A DNA stretch of 51,137 nt, taken from assembly GCA_016124515.1 (NCBI GenBank), contig WGNN01000010.1, positions 1-51,137 of the forward strand, given 5' to 3'. The position numbers and the translations under genes are program-made. The notes beneath the pieces are model-generated. The model was not told the DNA's origin, did not search any database, and was given only the letters and a program-made list of their open reading frames with translations. Positions 17,962 through 27,660 of the stretch are shown piece after piece. Each line of letters opens with the position of its first letter. The stretch's first letter is position 1. Source of the stretch: a bacterium (lineage in GTDB: Bacteria; Bacteroidota; Bacteroidia; CAILMK01; JACPUW01).

Positions 17962-19233
17962 ATGCAATCTGAAATTGTTATTGTGTTGGTTTCGTTGTTG
18001 TTGTCGGCATTTTTCAGCGGCAGCGAAATCGCATTTGTTTCCACCAATCGTTTGCGCATTGAAATTAAAGGCAAAAAAGCGGGGTTTAAATCATCGCTGC
18101 TCTCTGCTTTTGTCAAAAAACCTTCGCACTTTATCACTACCATGCTCATAGGCAACAATGTGGCTATGGTGGTGTATGGTATCTTTTTTTCTTCGTTGGT
18201 TTTGCGGCTATGGCAGCAACTCAGCTGGACTGGTGCCAACAATGCCGTGGTTATTTTCTTGCTGCAAACTGTTTTGGCATCCATCGTGGTGCTCATTATT
18301 GCTGAGTTTATTCCAAAAGCACTTTGCTCACTCAGCCCGTTTAAGGTGCTCAACTTTTTTGCCTTGCCCTTGGCGGTATTTTATTACCCCTTGCGCGTGT
18401 TTGTTTGGGGCACTGTTTGGTTGTCAAAAATTTTGTTGCGTTTAATTTTCAGGGTGAATATTGAAGAAGATCCCGAAAATTTTGACCGCGTTGACTTGTT
18501 TCACATGGTTGATGAAAACTCAACTGAAGATGTGGTGAGCGAAGGCGATGTAAACACACAGATTTTTAAGAATGCGCTGGAATTTGCACACACCAAAGTA
18601 CGTGCCTGCATGGTGCCGCGACCCGAGGTGGATGCTATTGAAATTAAGGAAGATATTGAAAAACTGAAAAGCGACTTTTTTGAAAGTGGCAGATCAAAAC
18701 TGGTGGTATATCGTGAAAACATAGACAATATAATGGGCTACGTGCACTCAATTGATTTGTTTGGCAATCCGCAAAGCATCAAAAGCATGATTATACCCAT
18801 GCCTTTTGCATCGGAATCTACCCCGGCAAGCGATGTGCTGCGAGAACTCATTGACCGACAACGAAGTATGGCGCAGGTAATTGATGAGTTTGGCGGCACC
18901 GCGGGCATAGTGACCATTGAAGATTTGATTGAAGAGATTTTTGGCGAAATTGATGACGAATATGATGTGGACGAACTCACCGAAAGCGTGTTGAACGAGC
19001 ATGAATACATTTTTTCGGCGCGTTTGGAGATTGAACATATCAATGAAAAATACAAACTGGGCATTCCCGAAGGAGATTATGATACGCTCAGCGGCTTTCT
19101 TATCAGCAAGCACCAGAGTATTCCCGAAGTGGGCGAAATTATTGACCTTGGCAAATTTCGATTCAAGGTATTGCAAATGGAAGGCGCAAGAATTGTGGAA
19201 CTGCACCTGGAAATAATTGACAATGCAGAGTAA
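17962..19233 (+). CDS. HlyC/CorC (CNNM) family membrane protein with CBS pair and CorC_HlyC domain
   Basis: LSAFFSGSEIAF, LIGNN, AEFIPKA, DEFGGTAGIVTIEDLIEEIFGEIDDEYD and YDTLSG. ATG at 17962. Confidence 0.93.
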   Translation: MQSEIVIVLVSLLLSAFFSGSEIAFVSTNRLRIEIKGKKAGFKSSLLSAFVKKPSHFITTMLIGNNVAMVVYGIFFSSLVLRLWQQLSWTGANNAVVIFLLQTVLASIVVLIIAEFIPKALCSLSPFKVLNFFALPLAVFYYPLRVFVWGTVWLSKILLRLIFRVNIEEDPENFDRVDLFHMVDENSTEDVVSEGDVNTQIFKNALEFAHTKVRACMVPRPEVDAIEIKEDIEKLKSDFFESGRSKLVVYRENIDNIMGYVHSIDLFGNPQSIKSMIIPMPFASESTPASDVLRELIDRQRSMAQVIDEFGGTAGIVTIEDLIEEIFGEIDDEYDVDELTESVLNEHEYIFSARLEIEHINEKYKLGIPEGDYDTLSGFLISKHQSIPEVGEIIDLGKFRFKVLQMEGARIVELHLEIIDNAE

Positions 19234-19933
19234 AGGCACGCTCTACCTAATACCCAATTTAATAGCCGACGACACCGCCGAAAAGGCGATTCCTGCCTAT
19301 AATGCCATGTTGCTGGGTAGCCTCAATTATTTTATTTGCGAACATGCCAAATCGTTGCGGGCCTTGCTCAAAGCATCGGGAGTGGCATCGCCCTATGACC
19401 ACCTTACGTATTTTGAACTCAACAAACACACCGATAGGTTTGAGCTGGAATCCTTTATTAAACCTTTGCTAAGCGGCTTTGATATGGGGTTGGTTTCAGA
19501 TGCGGGTTGCCCTGGCATTGCCGATCCGGGCGCTCAAATTGTGGCTCTTGCCCATGCACAAGGAATAAAAGTGCTTCCCCTAATCGGACCTTCTTCTATA
19601 TTCATGGCCCTTATGGGTTCGGGTTTCAATGGCCAAAAGTTCAGTTTTCATGGCTATTTGCCACAAAAGGAGCCACAACTCAAAAAATACCTTGCCGAGG
19701 TGGAGCGCAGTATTGCTACGGAGCAAAGCAGCCATATTTTTATTGAAGCGCCATACCGCAATACCAAATTGCTACAGTTGCTTATCAAGTTGTTAAATCC
19801 GGCACAAAAGCTGTGTTTGGCCATCAACCTAAGTGCCGAAAACCAGCGGATTGAAACCAAAACCTTGGGCGAGTGGAAAAAGAAGCTTCCTGAAATAGAC
19901 AAGCTGCCTACCGTATTTGTGCTAGGGAGTTGA
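19223..19933 (+). CDS. RsmI-like SAM-dependent methyltransferase (tetrapyrrole methylase family)
   Basis: GTLYLIP, GLVSDAGCPGIADPG, PLIGPSS, SGFNGQKFSFHGYLP and FIEAPYRN. Confidence 0.88.
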   Translation: MQSKGTLYLIPNLIADDTAEKAIPAYNAMLLGSLNYFICEHAKSLRALLKASGVASPYDHLTYFELNKHTDRFELESFIKPLLSGFDMGLVSDAGCPGIADPGAQIVALAHAQGIKVLPLIGPSSIFMALMGSGFNGQKFSFHGYLPQKEPQLKKYLAEVERSIATEQSSHIFIEAPYRNTKLLQLLIKLLNPAQKLCLAINLSAENQRIETKTLGEWKKKLPEIDKLPTVFVLGS

Positions 19934-20351
19934 TGGCGCTGATAAATGATTCAGGCACGGGCATTACTTTTCGTTCTTCGTAATTGAAACAAACCAAGCG
20001 AGTTTTGGCCAATGCCAATGGTTTTGAAGTACTCAGGTTATTGAGTTGGTACACTACATCAAATGAGCTGTTGCCAAAATCGTTAACCGCCAGCATTATG
20101 TCGATTTGGTTGAGCAAATAACCTTCCGATTGGTAAATAATGGCTGCATCTCCTTGAATCAGGCTTGTGTTGTCGCCAATATTCAATTCGCTCAAACCCA
20201 CTTGGTGCAGCATTTCTACCCGGCTTTGTTGCAAATAGGCTTGCACTTTGTCGTTGGCCAGGTGGTTGCCATAGTTCAGGTCAGTTACCCGCACTTGTAT
20301 TTGGGTTTTAAATTGAAAAAAGGCGGGGGCGTTTATTTGTATGCGTGGCAT
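19908..20351 (-). CDS. Acyl-CoA thioesterase, hot-dog fold (4HBT/YbgC-like)
   Basis: VRVTDLNYGNHLAND and AKTRLVCFNYEERKV.PVPE. Overlaps the convergent methyltransferase gene by 26 nt. Confidence 0.85.
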   Translation of the reverse strand: MPRIQINAPAFFQFKTQIQVRVTDLNYGNHLANDKVQAYLQQSRVEMLHQVGLSELNIGDNTSLIQGDAAIIYQSEGYLLNQIDIMLAVNDFGNSSFDVVYQLNNLSTSKPLALAKTRLVCFNYEERKVMPVPESFISAINSLAQIR

Positions 20352-21796
20352 TATAGTTTGATAAAATAATATAGGTGTTGGCCTTTGCGGTAAAAGCAGA
20401 AATAGACTTCTTGGTTGATGGCTGCAAATGTGGGCTGCGTGGGCAGGGCACCGCGGTCGGTCAAGGCATAGAAATAGGTTGGTCCCTTGGCCATGGCAAA
20501 ATTTACATCGCCCAGGTAAGGATTTTCGCTACCATCGCTGCCTAAGGTTATGCAAAATGTTGATGCCATACATTGCAAGTATTGCGTGGCATAATAGCGG
20601 GCAGGATATTGCGATAGCAGCGAATAGAATTTATAAATCCCCTTTTCCTTTCGGCGGGCATTTTCGGTATTTATATCGTTGGCCTTGTTTATCCAGCCGT
20701 CATAAAAAGGCAACAATTCCACCTCCGAAACCATAAAGTGGTCAAACGGCCCCTTTTTGCTTACGTGTAGCCCGAGGTATTTTTCTTGGTTGTCGGCGTG
20801 GAAATTAAATGTCTGTCCGGTTTCTTTTTCAAAATTGCCCCGTTCCTTGCGGTTGAGCAAAAACACGGGCGAGTTGGATGATATGGTATAGTGGTAGTTG
20901 GCAAAAGTGCTGTAAACGGGTTGGTTAAATTTCAAATCGGTTTTTTGTATGAAACAGCCATTTTTTGCCAGTACCGCCTGAAAAAGGTATTTACCCAAAA
21001 TATAGGAATTGCAAATAGCGCCTCCCAAGCCACCTGCTACCGATATTTCAACGGGATGGTTTATCACGTTCAGGCTTTCCAGTTTGCGGTTTATTATTAT
21101 TATATGTGTGTTAAAGGCTTGCTCTACAGTAATATATAAGTAGCGGTGTTGCAGGTATGATTTTACCGGCGAAAATTGAATCTTGTTTTCATAAGCCAAA
21201 TCGTTTGCTCCCACATGCGCTTTTTGCAATTGGGGCCAGCGGTTGTTTACGTCCTGCCACAATTTCATTAGAGCGGCATCAAGGCTGAAATCTTTTGACG
21301 AAACCATTTTGTTATTGGCCACCACGCGATATTGCAACTCATTATTGCCTTTGGTATATAGCATGTGCAATGTGTCGGTAGCTGAAAAATGATGCATTAT
21401 TTTGGCCTTTTTGTCAAAGCCTTCATCTACCACCTTTTTGCTTATTTTTTTGTTGATGGTATTGATGGTAAGGCAGCGAAGGCCTATCGAGTCTGTTCTG
21501 GTAAAATAGATGTGGATGTTTTTTCGCGAACCGTTTATTTCTATGAGTTTGGGCCTGAAACCCAATTCGCTCAAGTCTATCTCGCCAGTCGATTCAGTAA
21601 CAAAATCGTAGTTTATCCGGTTGTATTGCAATTTTTCTTTATCAATGAAAATGCAGTGAAACCCGCTGCCAAAATCAAATACAAAAGGCGAAGCGTCTTT
21701 TTTAAGTTTTATGCCCAAGGTTGCTTGAAAATCCTGCGCCTGCAAACACACTGCAGTTAGCACAATAAAGCTAAGCAGGGGAATGGTTTTTTTCAT
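20351..21796 (-). CDS. Exported hypothetical protein, beta-rich
   Basis: 481-aa ORF with a signal peptide ending LQAQ. Its stop overlaps the thioesterase ATG (TAATG). No recognisable motif. Confidence 0.7.
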   Translation of the reverse strand: MKKTIPLLSFIVLTAVCLQAQDFQATLGIKLKKDASPFVFDFGSGFHCIFIDKEKLQYNRINYDFVTESTGEIDLSELGFRPKLIEINGSRKNIHIYFTRTDSIGLRCLTINTINKKISKKVVDEGFDKKAKIMHHFSATDTLHMLYTKGNNELQYRVVANNKMVSSKDFSLDAALMKLWQDVNNRWPQLQKAHVGANDLAYENKIQFSPVKSYLQHRYLYITVEQAFNTHIIIINRKLESLNVINHPVEISVAGGLGGAICNSYILGKYLFQAVLAKNGCFIQKTDLKFNQPVYSTFANYHYTISSNSPVFLLNRKERGNFEKETGQTFNFHADNQEKYLGLHVSKKGPFDHFMVSEVELLPFYDGWINKANDINTENARRKEKGIYKFYSLLSQYPARYYATQYLQCMASTFCITLGSDGSENPYLGDVNFAMAKGPTYFYALTDRGALPTQPTFAAINQEVYFCFYRKGQHLYYFIKL

Positions 21797-21844
21797 TTAC
21801 TTATTTATAGCGTATTACAAAACGCAAAGGAAAATAAGATAGCC

Positions 21845-24800
21845 TTATTCTTTTATAAATGTATTGGTCAAAACGCTCGATTCAGATGAAATTCTGATGA
21901 TATATTGCCCGGTAGCCAATTGCGAAATGTCGATGTATTGTTGTTTCGAAAGGTTTCCTCTTATCAATTCTGTTCCAATTAATGAGTAAACCGCAAATTG
22001 TGTGTGTCCGGCAGGCGCTGTAAAGTAGAGTTTGTCGCTAGCCGGGTTTGGATAAATATCCAGTTTTTGCTGTTTTGGCGCAGGAGCAGGATCCACATTG
22101 GTGCGTACCCCCAAGGTAAACCATTTCGGGTTCTTTCGTTCTGAAAGTATCTTCAATGGCGTCATGCCATTTTTGAGCGTCACTTTATCGCTTTTTAGCT
22201 GCACAATAAAGAGTGTAGGCTCGCCATTTTCGTCTAAATCGGTTACCACCAAGCCCGAGTCGGTATTGGTGTACGAAGCATGCGCAGGAATTTGGGTGCG
22301 CATGATGTCGGTTTTTGTTGCCACATTTTCTCTGCGGTCCCAGGCCACCACGGTGTTGTAGTTGTGTCGTTTGTCATATACATCGTGCACAAACAGGTTG
22401 GGTGAGTTCTTGGCAAAAGCGGGATATCTCAAATCCAAATCGCTGCTTATCTGATCATAAAATGTATGCATCGTTCCATTGGTATAGGCTTGCATGGTGC
22501 TGTCCCACACTTCAATTTCGCCAATGTTCCACACACTGTGTTGGGCTCCTTGTTTGTCAGTAAAGGTGTTTTCAAATTCAAAAATGAGCTTGGTACCATA
22601 GTAATCCCATTCCATAGCGCCCACCCGCAGGGGTTTCAGTTCATAGAAATTCTCGCCATCGCGAACCGTGGTGTGCGAGTAAATCTTGAATTTTTTGAAT
22701 ATGCCCATTTCCATATCATATATATGTATAGAAGTGTCGGTTTCGGTTTTTACCAAGGCAAGGCGTTCATTGTTTTTGCTCACCGCTACTTGTGTATATC
22801 CGCTGCCAAGTTCGTGGTCCATGTAGCTAATATCCAGTTCATTGCCGTAGTTGATTTTTACTACTTGGTTGCTTGAGTCAATGCCGTAGATGAGGCTACC
22901 ATTGTCGGTTATACTCGCATCGTATTTCAGGTTGCTCAAGTCGTTAAATTGCTCATCTTCTTTCGATTCGGCAATTTTAAACAAGCTCAGTTTTTCATTT
23001 ATTTCATTTGACACCTTGTTGCTCAGGATAAAATTGTCGCCAATAAGTGCAGGCAAGTCGGTGGGCTTTATCTCGGTTTTTATGGTTTCAAGCCCTACAT
23101 TACTAAAGGCTTTTTTAATGATGTTGTAGTAATTGCTGCCCGCTCCGAACCTTATATCCACCGCAAGTAGCAGTGCATCTTTAAAATCATTGAAAGTGGG
23201 GTTGGCGCCCAAATAATTGGTTACCACATCAAAAAACAACTCTCCTGATACTTTCAAGCCAAGTCCGGGGTTTTCATCGTCACCGGTCATCAGGTAAAAA
23301 GCATGGCTCACTATGGTTGAGTTGTAGTGTATGGCTTCAATGTCATTGATAAATTCATCAATGTGGTCGGCGGTATAACCATTCGATTCGTTGGCTCCCC
23401 AGTTGCCGGTTGAAGTTTGACCGCAGTGCGGCATGCTTGGGTTGCGTATCAAACCGCTCGGTTGTTTGTTTTTGTTTATCGAAGAATTTTCGCCTATGGT
23501 AAAATTTTCATCCACTATCATCGCCATTATGTCGCAAATGCCTTCTATGAGTGAGTTTGACTCAACTGAAGTACCTTTTCGTATTTTGGTGGCATGCTCT
23601 ATCAGTCCGTGGGTAAGCTCGTGCGAAACCACATCGAGTCCTTTGGAAAGTGGTGCTTTGTATCGTGTGAATCCACGTCCAAAGAATGCTACTCTACCGT
23701 TCCAACTTGCATTTTCCCAGCCCATTGTGGGTTGAAGCGGGTCGTACATGCAGGTGTACATGGTTATGTTGCTGCCTGCATTGTCGTAAGAGTTGAAATT
23801 GAAAGGCACTTGCATGAGCTTGTCGTAAAATATCGATGCATTTGCCTGTGCCGAAACGGCTGCCATTTCTGTCGTATTAAGCCCGAATTCGTTGTTTTTT
23901 GAACTGAGTATTTTGGCAAATTCAAGGTTGTCGCGGGTCAAACGGTCAGCATTATAGGTTTTAATAACGCCTTTGGGGTTGTCAGGAAAAACACTCGCTT
24001 CGGGTCTGAACATGCTTTTTCCGGCATCTATCAGGTAGTAATTATCGCCTTGTTTGTAGGTGCCTATGTTTACTTGTGTGTTGTTTAGATTGGTTCCTTT
24101 GCTACTCACTTTGGGTCCGTCAAGGTAACATGAAAGCTCAATGGCATCCAAGACTTCGCCATCGGTGGCCGATACAAATAGCTGCCATGTTTCCATCAGG
24201 TTGGGCGAGATGGTAATTTGGTAGGCCAACTTCAAGCTTTTGTCAACGGGCAGGTAAATGAGCGTGGCTTCAGGTCCGTTATAGCCAAGCAGTTCTTGCT
24301 CCCAGCTTTCCAAATCGTGATAGTGCGCTTGGTTTTTTAGATGAGAAACCCCAAGCGAAATAGCCGAGCTGAGACTGATATTGGCGGTTTTGCTGTTTAC
24401 CTTTAGCGGATAATGCGTACCACTGATGGCGCGCATGTTGCCGTTTTGGTCAAAATGTACCAGTAGTTCTGCGCCGTACACATCAATTCCGCCTATGTTT
24501 TGCGCAAAGGCAATGTGTTTGTTTCCCGCCGGGCTCGTGCGGATTCCGTTTTCTACAAATGAACGTCCACCGCTGTTAAGCAAAAGGTTTTGACTCAGGT
24601 TGCTCAGGTACATTTGCGCCAGCGTACTCAGGTCTTCAATGCCTGAATTTTGGCTGATGGCATTATTGGTAAGGAAAACATTTTGGCCCCCGTTTTTAAA
24701 AATGGTAGTACTCATGTCGTAAAACACGAGGTTGCTCGATACCGGATCGTTTGAGATAAAAGTTCTGTGCTCGGGTAGTCCCACTTCGGCATTGCCGGCC

Positions 24801-24877
24801 AGACTCACCTTCGACATGAAGCTACCCAAAAGGGCGCTCACGATACACAAATACCAATTTCTACCTATCAGTTGCAA
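21845..24877 (-). CDS. M4 (thermolysin-like) metalloprotease with FTP/PepSY-like propeptide, beta-propeller-like region and T9SS type-A sorting domain
   Basis: Propeptide HIAFAQNIGGIDVYGAELLVH...VSATDGEVL, NASWNG, DVVSHELTHG, SLIEGICD, IHYNSTIVSHAFY, CTD IYPNPASD...GQYII...FIKE. The start codon (TTG) is uncertain. Confidence 0.88.
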   Translation of the reverse strand: MQLIGRNWYLCIVSALLGSFMSKVSLAGNAEVGLPEHRTFISNDPVSSNLVFYDMSTTIFKNGGQNVFLTNNAISQNSGIEDLSTLAQMYLSNLSQNLLLNSGGRSFVENGIRTSPAGNKHIAFAQNIGGIDVYGAELLVHFDQNGNMRAISGTHYPLKVNSKTANISLSSAISLGVSHLKNQAHYHDLESWEQELLGYNGPEATLIYLPVDKSLKLAYQITISPNLMETWQLFVSATDGEVLDAIELSCYLDGPKVSSKGTNLNNTQVNIGTYKQGDNYYLIDAGKSMFRPEASVFPDNPKGVIKTYNADRLTRDNLEFAKILSSKNNEFGLNTTEMAAVSAQANASIFYDKLMQVPFNFNSYDNAGSNITMYTCMYDPLQPTMGWENASWNGRVAFFGRGFTRYKAPLSKGLDVVSHELTHGLIEHATKIRKGTSVESNSLIEGICDIMAMIVDENFTIGENSSINKNKQPSGLIRNPSMPHCGQTSTGNWGANESNGYTADHIDEFINDIEAIHYNSTIVSHAFYLMTGDDENPGLGLKVSGELFFDVVTNYLGANPTFNDFKDALLLAVDIRFGAGSNYYNIIKKAFSNVGLETIKTEIKPTDLPALIGDNFILSNKVSNEINEKLSLFKIAESKEDEQFNDLSNLKYDASITDNGSLIYGIDSSNQVVKINYGNELDISYMDHELGSGYTQVAVSKNNERLALVKTETDTSIHIYDMEMGIFKKFKIYSHTTVRDGENFYELKPLRVGAMEWDYYGTKLIFEFENTFTDKQGAQHSVWNIGEIEVWDSTMQAYTNGTMHTFYDQISSDLDLRYPAFAKNSPNLFVHDVYDKRHNYNTVVAWDRRENVATKTDIMRTQIPAHASYTNTDSGLVVTDLDENGEPTLFIVQLKSDKVTLKNGMTPLKILSERKNPKWFTLGVRTNVDPAPAPKQQKLDIYPNPASDKLYFTAPAGHTQFAVYSLIGTELIRGNLSKQQYIDISQLATGQYIIRISSESSVLTNTFIKE

Positions 24878-24957
24878 GCTTATTAAGCGTTTTGAATGGT
24901 AAATTTAGACAAATTCTAAAAACTGCGTATGCTATGTGGATACTATGTGGCTAATTG

Positions 24958-25434
24958 TCAGTTAGATGTTGCCTTCTCCTCTATGGGTTTCCAGTCGCAT
25001 TGTTCGAGCAAGTCCATAAATTCAGTGTTCAACTCTTCTAATTGGCCGGGAAAGTTCATTACCGCATCCACCGTTTTTTCCAATCCATTGCATTTGTAAA
25101 TAAATATGGCTGAAGGCAGGTCCGCTATCCCTTCGCCGTATTTGTTGTCAAAGCTGCAAAAATCCATATTGATGAGTCTGGTTTCCAGTCTTTTAACAAA
25201 TCGGTGTTTCAATTGTGTTTCATATCGGCCTTTTTCCATCACAAATTCGCGGGCATTGAGCACCAATCGGCCACTGCGGTAAAAAGTGAAATCGAACACC
25301 GGACATTTGCCAAAGCAGGGTGTTCTTTTAAAAACCAGAAATACTTCGTCTTTGCCCTCATTTTTTAGGCTTTTGCAAGCGGTTTGACTAAATAAAAGAC
25401 TTGCTGTAAGGGCGGTGGCTATAAAAAACTTCAT
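24958..25434 (-). CDS. Lipoprotein, DUF6438-like
   Basis: Lipobox QTAC, motif RTPCFGKCPVF and ADLPS. ATG at 25434. Confidence 0.75.
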   Translation of the reverse strand: MKFFIATALTASLLFSQTACKSLKNEGKDEVFLVFKRTPCFGKCPVFDFTFYRSGRLVLNAREFVMEKGRYETQLKHRFVKRLETRLINMDFCSFDNKYGEGIADLPSAIFIYKCNGLEKTVDAVMNFPGQLEELNTEFMDLLEQCDWKPIEEKATSN

Positions 25435-25625
25435 TGAAAACAAGATGATTTGCTCAAAGATGCAGCTAATCTGTACAATGGCAGGAATGAAATTTGGAAG
25501 TGGCTGAGGCCATTTACATTTAAACTTTGAAACAAGACGAGAACCTGCGCCACTTTTTTTGATTTTAATGCTTGCTTACTTTGCAGCCTCAATAAAATGA
25601 TTGCGAAACCAATAAATATACCACC

Positions 25626-26906
25626 ATGTACAATGCAGTATCGCCGCAGGAAGCGGTAAAAGTTATAAAGTCGGGCGATAATATCTGGATACATTCTGCC
25701 GGTGCAGCGCCACAGGTATTGATTGACGCCATGACCGACAGGGCCGATGAACTGGAAAACATTTGCATTTTTCAGTTACATACCGAAGGGCGGGCGCCGT
25801 ATGCCGACCCCGGAATGGAAAAAACCTTCAGGGTGAAAGCCTTTTTTATGGGAGCTAACATTAGAGAATGTGTAAACGCAGGCAGGGGAGAGTTTATACC
25901 CGTTTTTTTGAGCGAAGTGCCTAAAGTAATCCGCAGTGGACGGGTAAAAATAGATACCGCACTCATCCAGGTTTCACCGCCCGATAAACACGGTTTTTGT
26001 TCCCTGGGCATATCGGTTGATGCTACGCGCGCAGCGGTGGAAATGGCCAGCCATGTGATAGCACAAATAAACCCCAAAATGCCACGTACGCACGGCGACG
26101 GCCTTATACACCTGAGCAAGTTTGACACTTTTGTGGAGGTGGATGCCGATTTACCCGAAATAGCTGAACACAACCTGACCGAAGTGGAACATGCCATTGG
26201 CAAAAACATCGCTTCGTTGGTAGAAGATGGTGCCACCCTGCAAATGGGCATTGGTTCTATTCCTGATGCGGCTCTTTTATACCTTACCAACCACAAGGAC
26301 TTGGGTGTGCATACCGAAATGTTTAGCGATGGCCTGCTAAAACTTGTAGAAAACGGCGTGGTGGTAGGCAATAAGAAAAAACGCCACCGCGATACCGTGG
26401 TGACCGGTTTTTTGTTGGGTTCGCGAAAGCTATACGATTTTGTGGACGACAACCCTTTTGTGCGTGTATTGGATATTCAATACGTGAATGATACGCGGGT
26501 AATAGCCCAAAACCCCAAGGCCACTTCTATCAACAGCGCCATTGAAGTTGACATTACCGGACAGGTTTGCGCCGACTCTATTGGGCCTAAAATTTTCTCC
26601 GGTATTGGTGGTCAAATGGACTTCATACGCGGGGCTTCACAATCGGAAGGGGGAAAACCCATTATTGCACTGCCTTCTACCACCAAAAGGGGCGAAAGCA
26701 AAATAGTTTCGTTTTTGAAAGAAGCAGCAGGCGTGGTAACTACTCGCGCACACGTACACTATGTAGTAACCGAATACGGTATAGCTGATTTGTATGCCAA
26801 AAGCTTGAAAGAACGCGCCAAACGAATGATAGATATTGCGCATCCCGATCACAGAGAAGCGCTTGATAAATATGCCTTTGCCAGATTTGGCAGGAGCATT
26901 TACTAA
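25626..26906 (+). CDS. Acetyl-CoA hydrolase/transferase family protein (4-hydroxybutyrate CoA-transferase-like)
   Basis: VSPPDKHGFCSLG, MPRTHGD, TLQMGIGSIP, catalytic HTEMFSDG, SGIGGQMDF and VTEYG. Confidence 0.95.
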   Translation: MYNAVSPQEAVKVIKSGDNIWIHSAGAAPQVLIDAMTDRADELENICIFQLHTEGRAPYADPGMEKTFRVKAFFMGANIRECVNAGRGEFIPVFLSEVPKVIRSGRVKIDTALIQVSPPDKHGFCSLGISVDATRAAVEMASHVIAQINPKMPRTHGDGLIHLSKFDTFVEVDADLPEIAEHNLTEVEHAIGKNIASLVEDGATLQMGIGSIPDAALLYLTNHKDLGVHTEMFSDGLLKLVENGVVVGNKKKRHRDTVVTGFLLGSRKLYDFVDDNPFVRVLDIQYVNDTRVIAQNPKATSINSAIEVDITGQVCADSIGPKIFSGIGGQMDFIRGASQSEGGKPIIALPSTTKRGESKIVSFLKEAAGVVTTRAHVHYVVTEYGIADLYAKSLKERAKRMIDIAHPDHREALDKYAFARFGRSIY

Positions 26907-26925
26907 GATTTACAACTATGTTCTA

Positions 26926-26962
26926 AACCACAAAACCCCGCAATTGGCGGGGTTTTGTGGTT
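26926..26962. terminator. Bidirectional intrinsic terminator
   Basis: 16-bp perfect inverted repeat AACCACAAAACCCCGC / GCGGGGTTTTGTGGTT with a 5-nt loop, lying between convergent transcripts. Confidence 0.85.
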
Positions 26963-26964
26963 AA

Positions 26965-27100
26965 AGACTGTGTACAATTAGTATTACACCAAATTTCGAA
27001 AGCTGCTTTAAATATGGCTCTTACAGTGTTTTGCTTCAAGCGTTAAATGCTATTGTCGAATGAATTCAACATGAGAGAAGGCACCCGGTTGTACTTTTCT
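26965..27100 (-). ncRNA. Probable 6S-like RNA (6S-Flavo type)
   Basis: 136-nt non-coding segment that folds by eye into one irregular rod with nested helices: GUACAA/UUGUAC, GGUG/UACU, AUGUUGAA/UUUGGUGU, UUCGA/UCGAA, AGC/GCU, UUUAA/UUAAA and an apical stem. It is preceded by a -7-like TGATTTGCA and followed directly by a terminator. The 5' AGAAAAGUACAA and internal GCUUUCGAAA resemble 6S-Flavo sequences as I recall them. Confidence 0.55.
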
Positions 27101-27112
27101 AGATATTGCAAA

Positions 27113-27556
27113 TCAGTATTGCTCCAGCAGAAATTTTATCATGTCGGTGGTGGTTATTATGCCTGCCAACTCATTGGCTTCTGACACGACCGGCAGGGCA
27201 TGAAACTCTATTTGCGCCAGTATTTCGGCAACTTCTTTAATTGTGCTGTTCACCGAAACCGTTACCGGATTGGAAACCATTACCTGCTCAATGGTAAACA
27301 TACGATACACCGTGGTGGCAGTTTCGTCATCGTCGTCCATGTCGTTTTCCGGACTAAGTTCATAAAAACTCAAGCGCTTCAAATCGGTAAGGCTTAGCAT
27401 ACCAACCAATTTGTGACCCGAAACTACAGGCAGGTGGCGTATGTGGTGTTTCTTGAATAAATCGGAGGCTTCTTCAAGGCTGTTGTGCAGATTCACGGTT
27501 ATTACGTGGTCTGTCATTATTTTGGATATAGGCTCTCTTTGCTTCATTTCATACAT
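27113..27556 (-). CDS. CBS domain pair protein
   Basis: ISKIMT...IRHLPVV...LVGMLSLTDL and IEQVMV...FHALPVV...GIITTTDM. Confidence 0.92.
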   Translation of the reverse strand: MYEMKQREPISKIMTDHVITVNLHNSLEEASDLFKKHHIRHLPVVSGHKLVGMLSLTDLKRLSFYELSPENDMDDDDETATTVYRMFTIEQVMVSNPVTVSVNSTIKEVAEILAQIEFHALPVVSEANELAGIITTTDMIKFLLEQY

Positions 27557-27660
27557 TTTTATGCTAACAAATCTTGTTAAAAACCAGAGCCTAAAAGATG
27601 ACGAGGCTCATTGTTTAAGATGTATGAAAATGTAGTTTGTGAAAGCTGGGTTTAATGCAG

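Noticed and set aside
19908-19933. Convergent 3' overlaps (also 30341-30344 and 36536-36549)
   Set aside because: Short tail-to-tail overlaps are common in compact genomes, and both partners look intact in each case.
10807-24877. Diversity-generating retroelement as the cause of the variable protease patches
   Set aside because: No reverse transcriptase and no near-identical template/variable repeat pair is visible in the window.
24931-24952. TATGTGG direct repeat with a DnaA-box-like TGTGGATAC, and TGTTGATAA at 29641
   Set aside because: These are isolated short matches expected by chance, with no cluster.
25772-26452. 226-aa antisense ORF, and similar ones at 166-807, 32911-33546, 41640-42272 and 47715-48296
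   Set aside because: They lie opposite well-supported genes and have no motifs, so they are codon-bias shadows.
3022-26962. Shared CCCCGC/GCGGGG stems at 3022, 14956 and 26926 as a possible REP or MITE family
   Set aside because: Loops and flanks differ and each hairpin lies just after a stop codon, so ordinary intrinsic terminators explain them.
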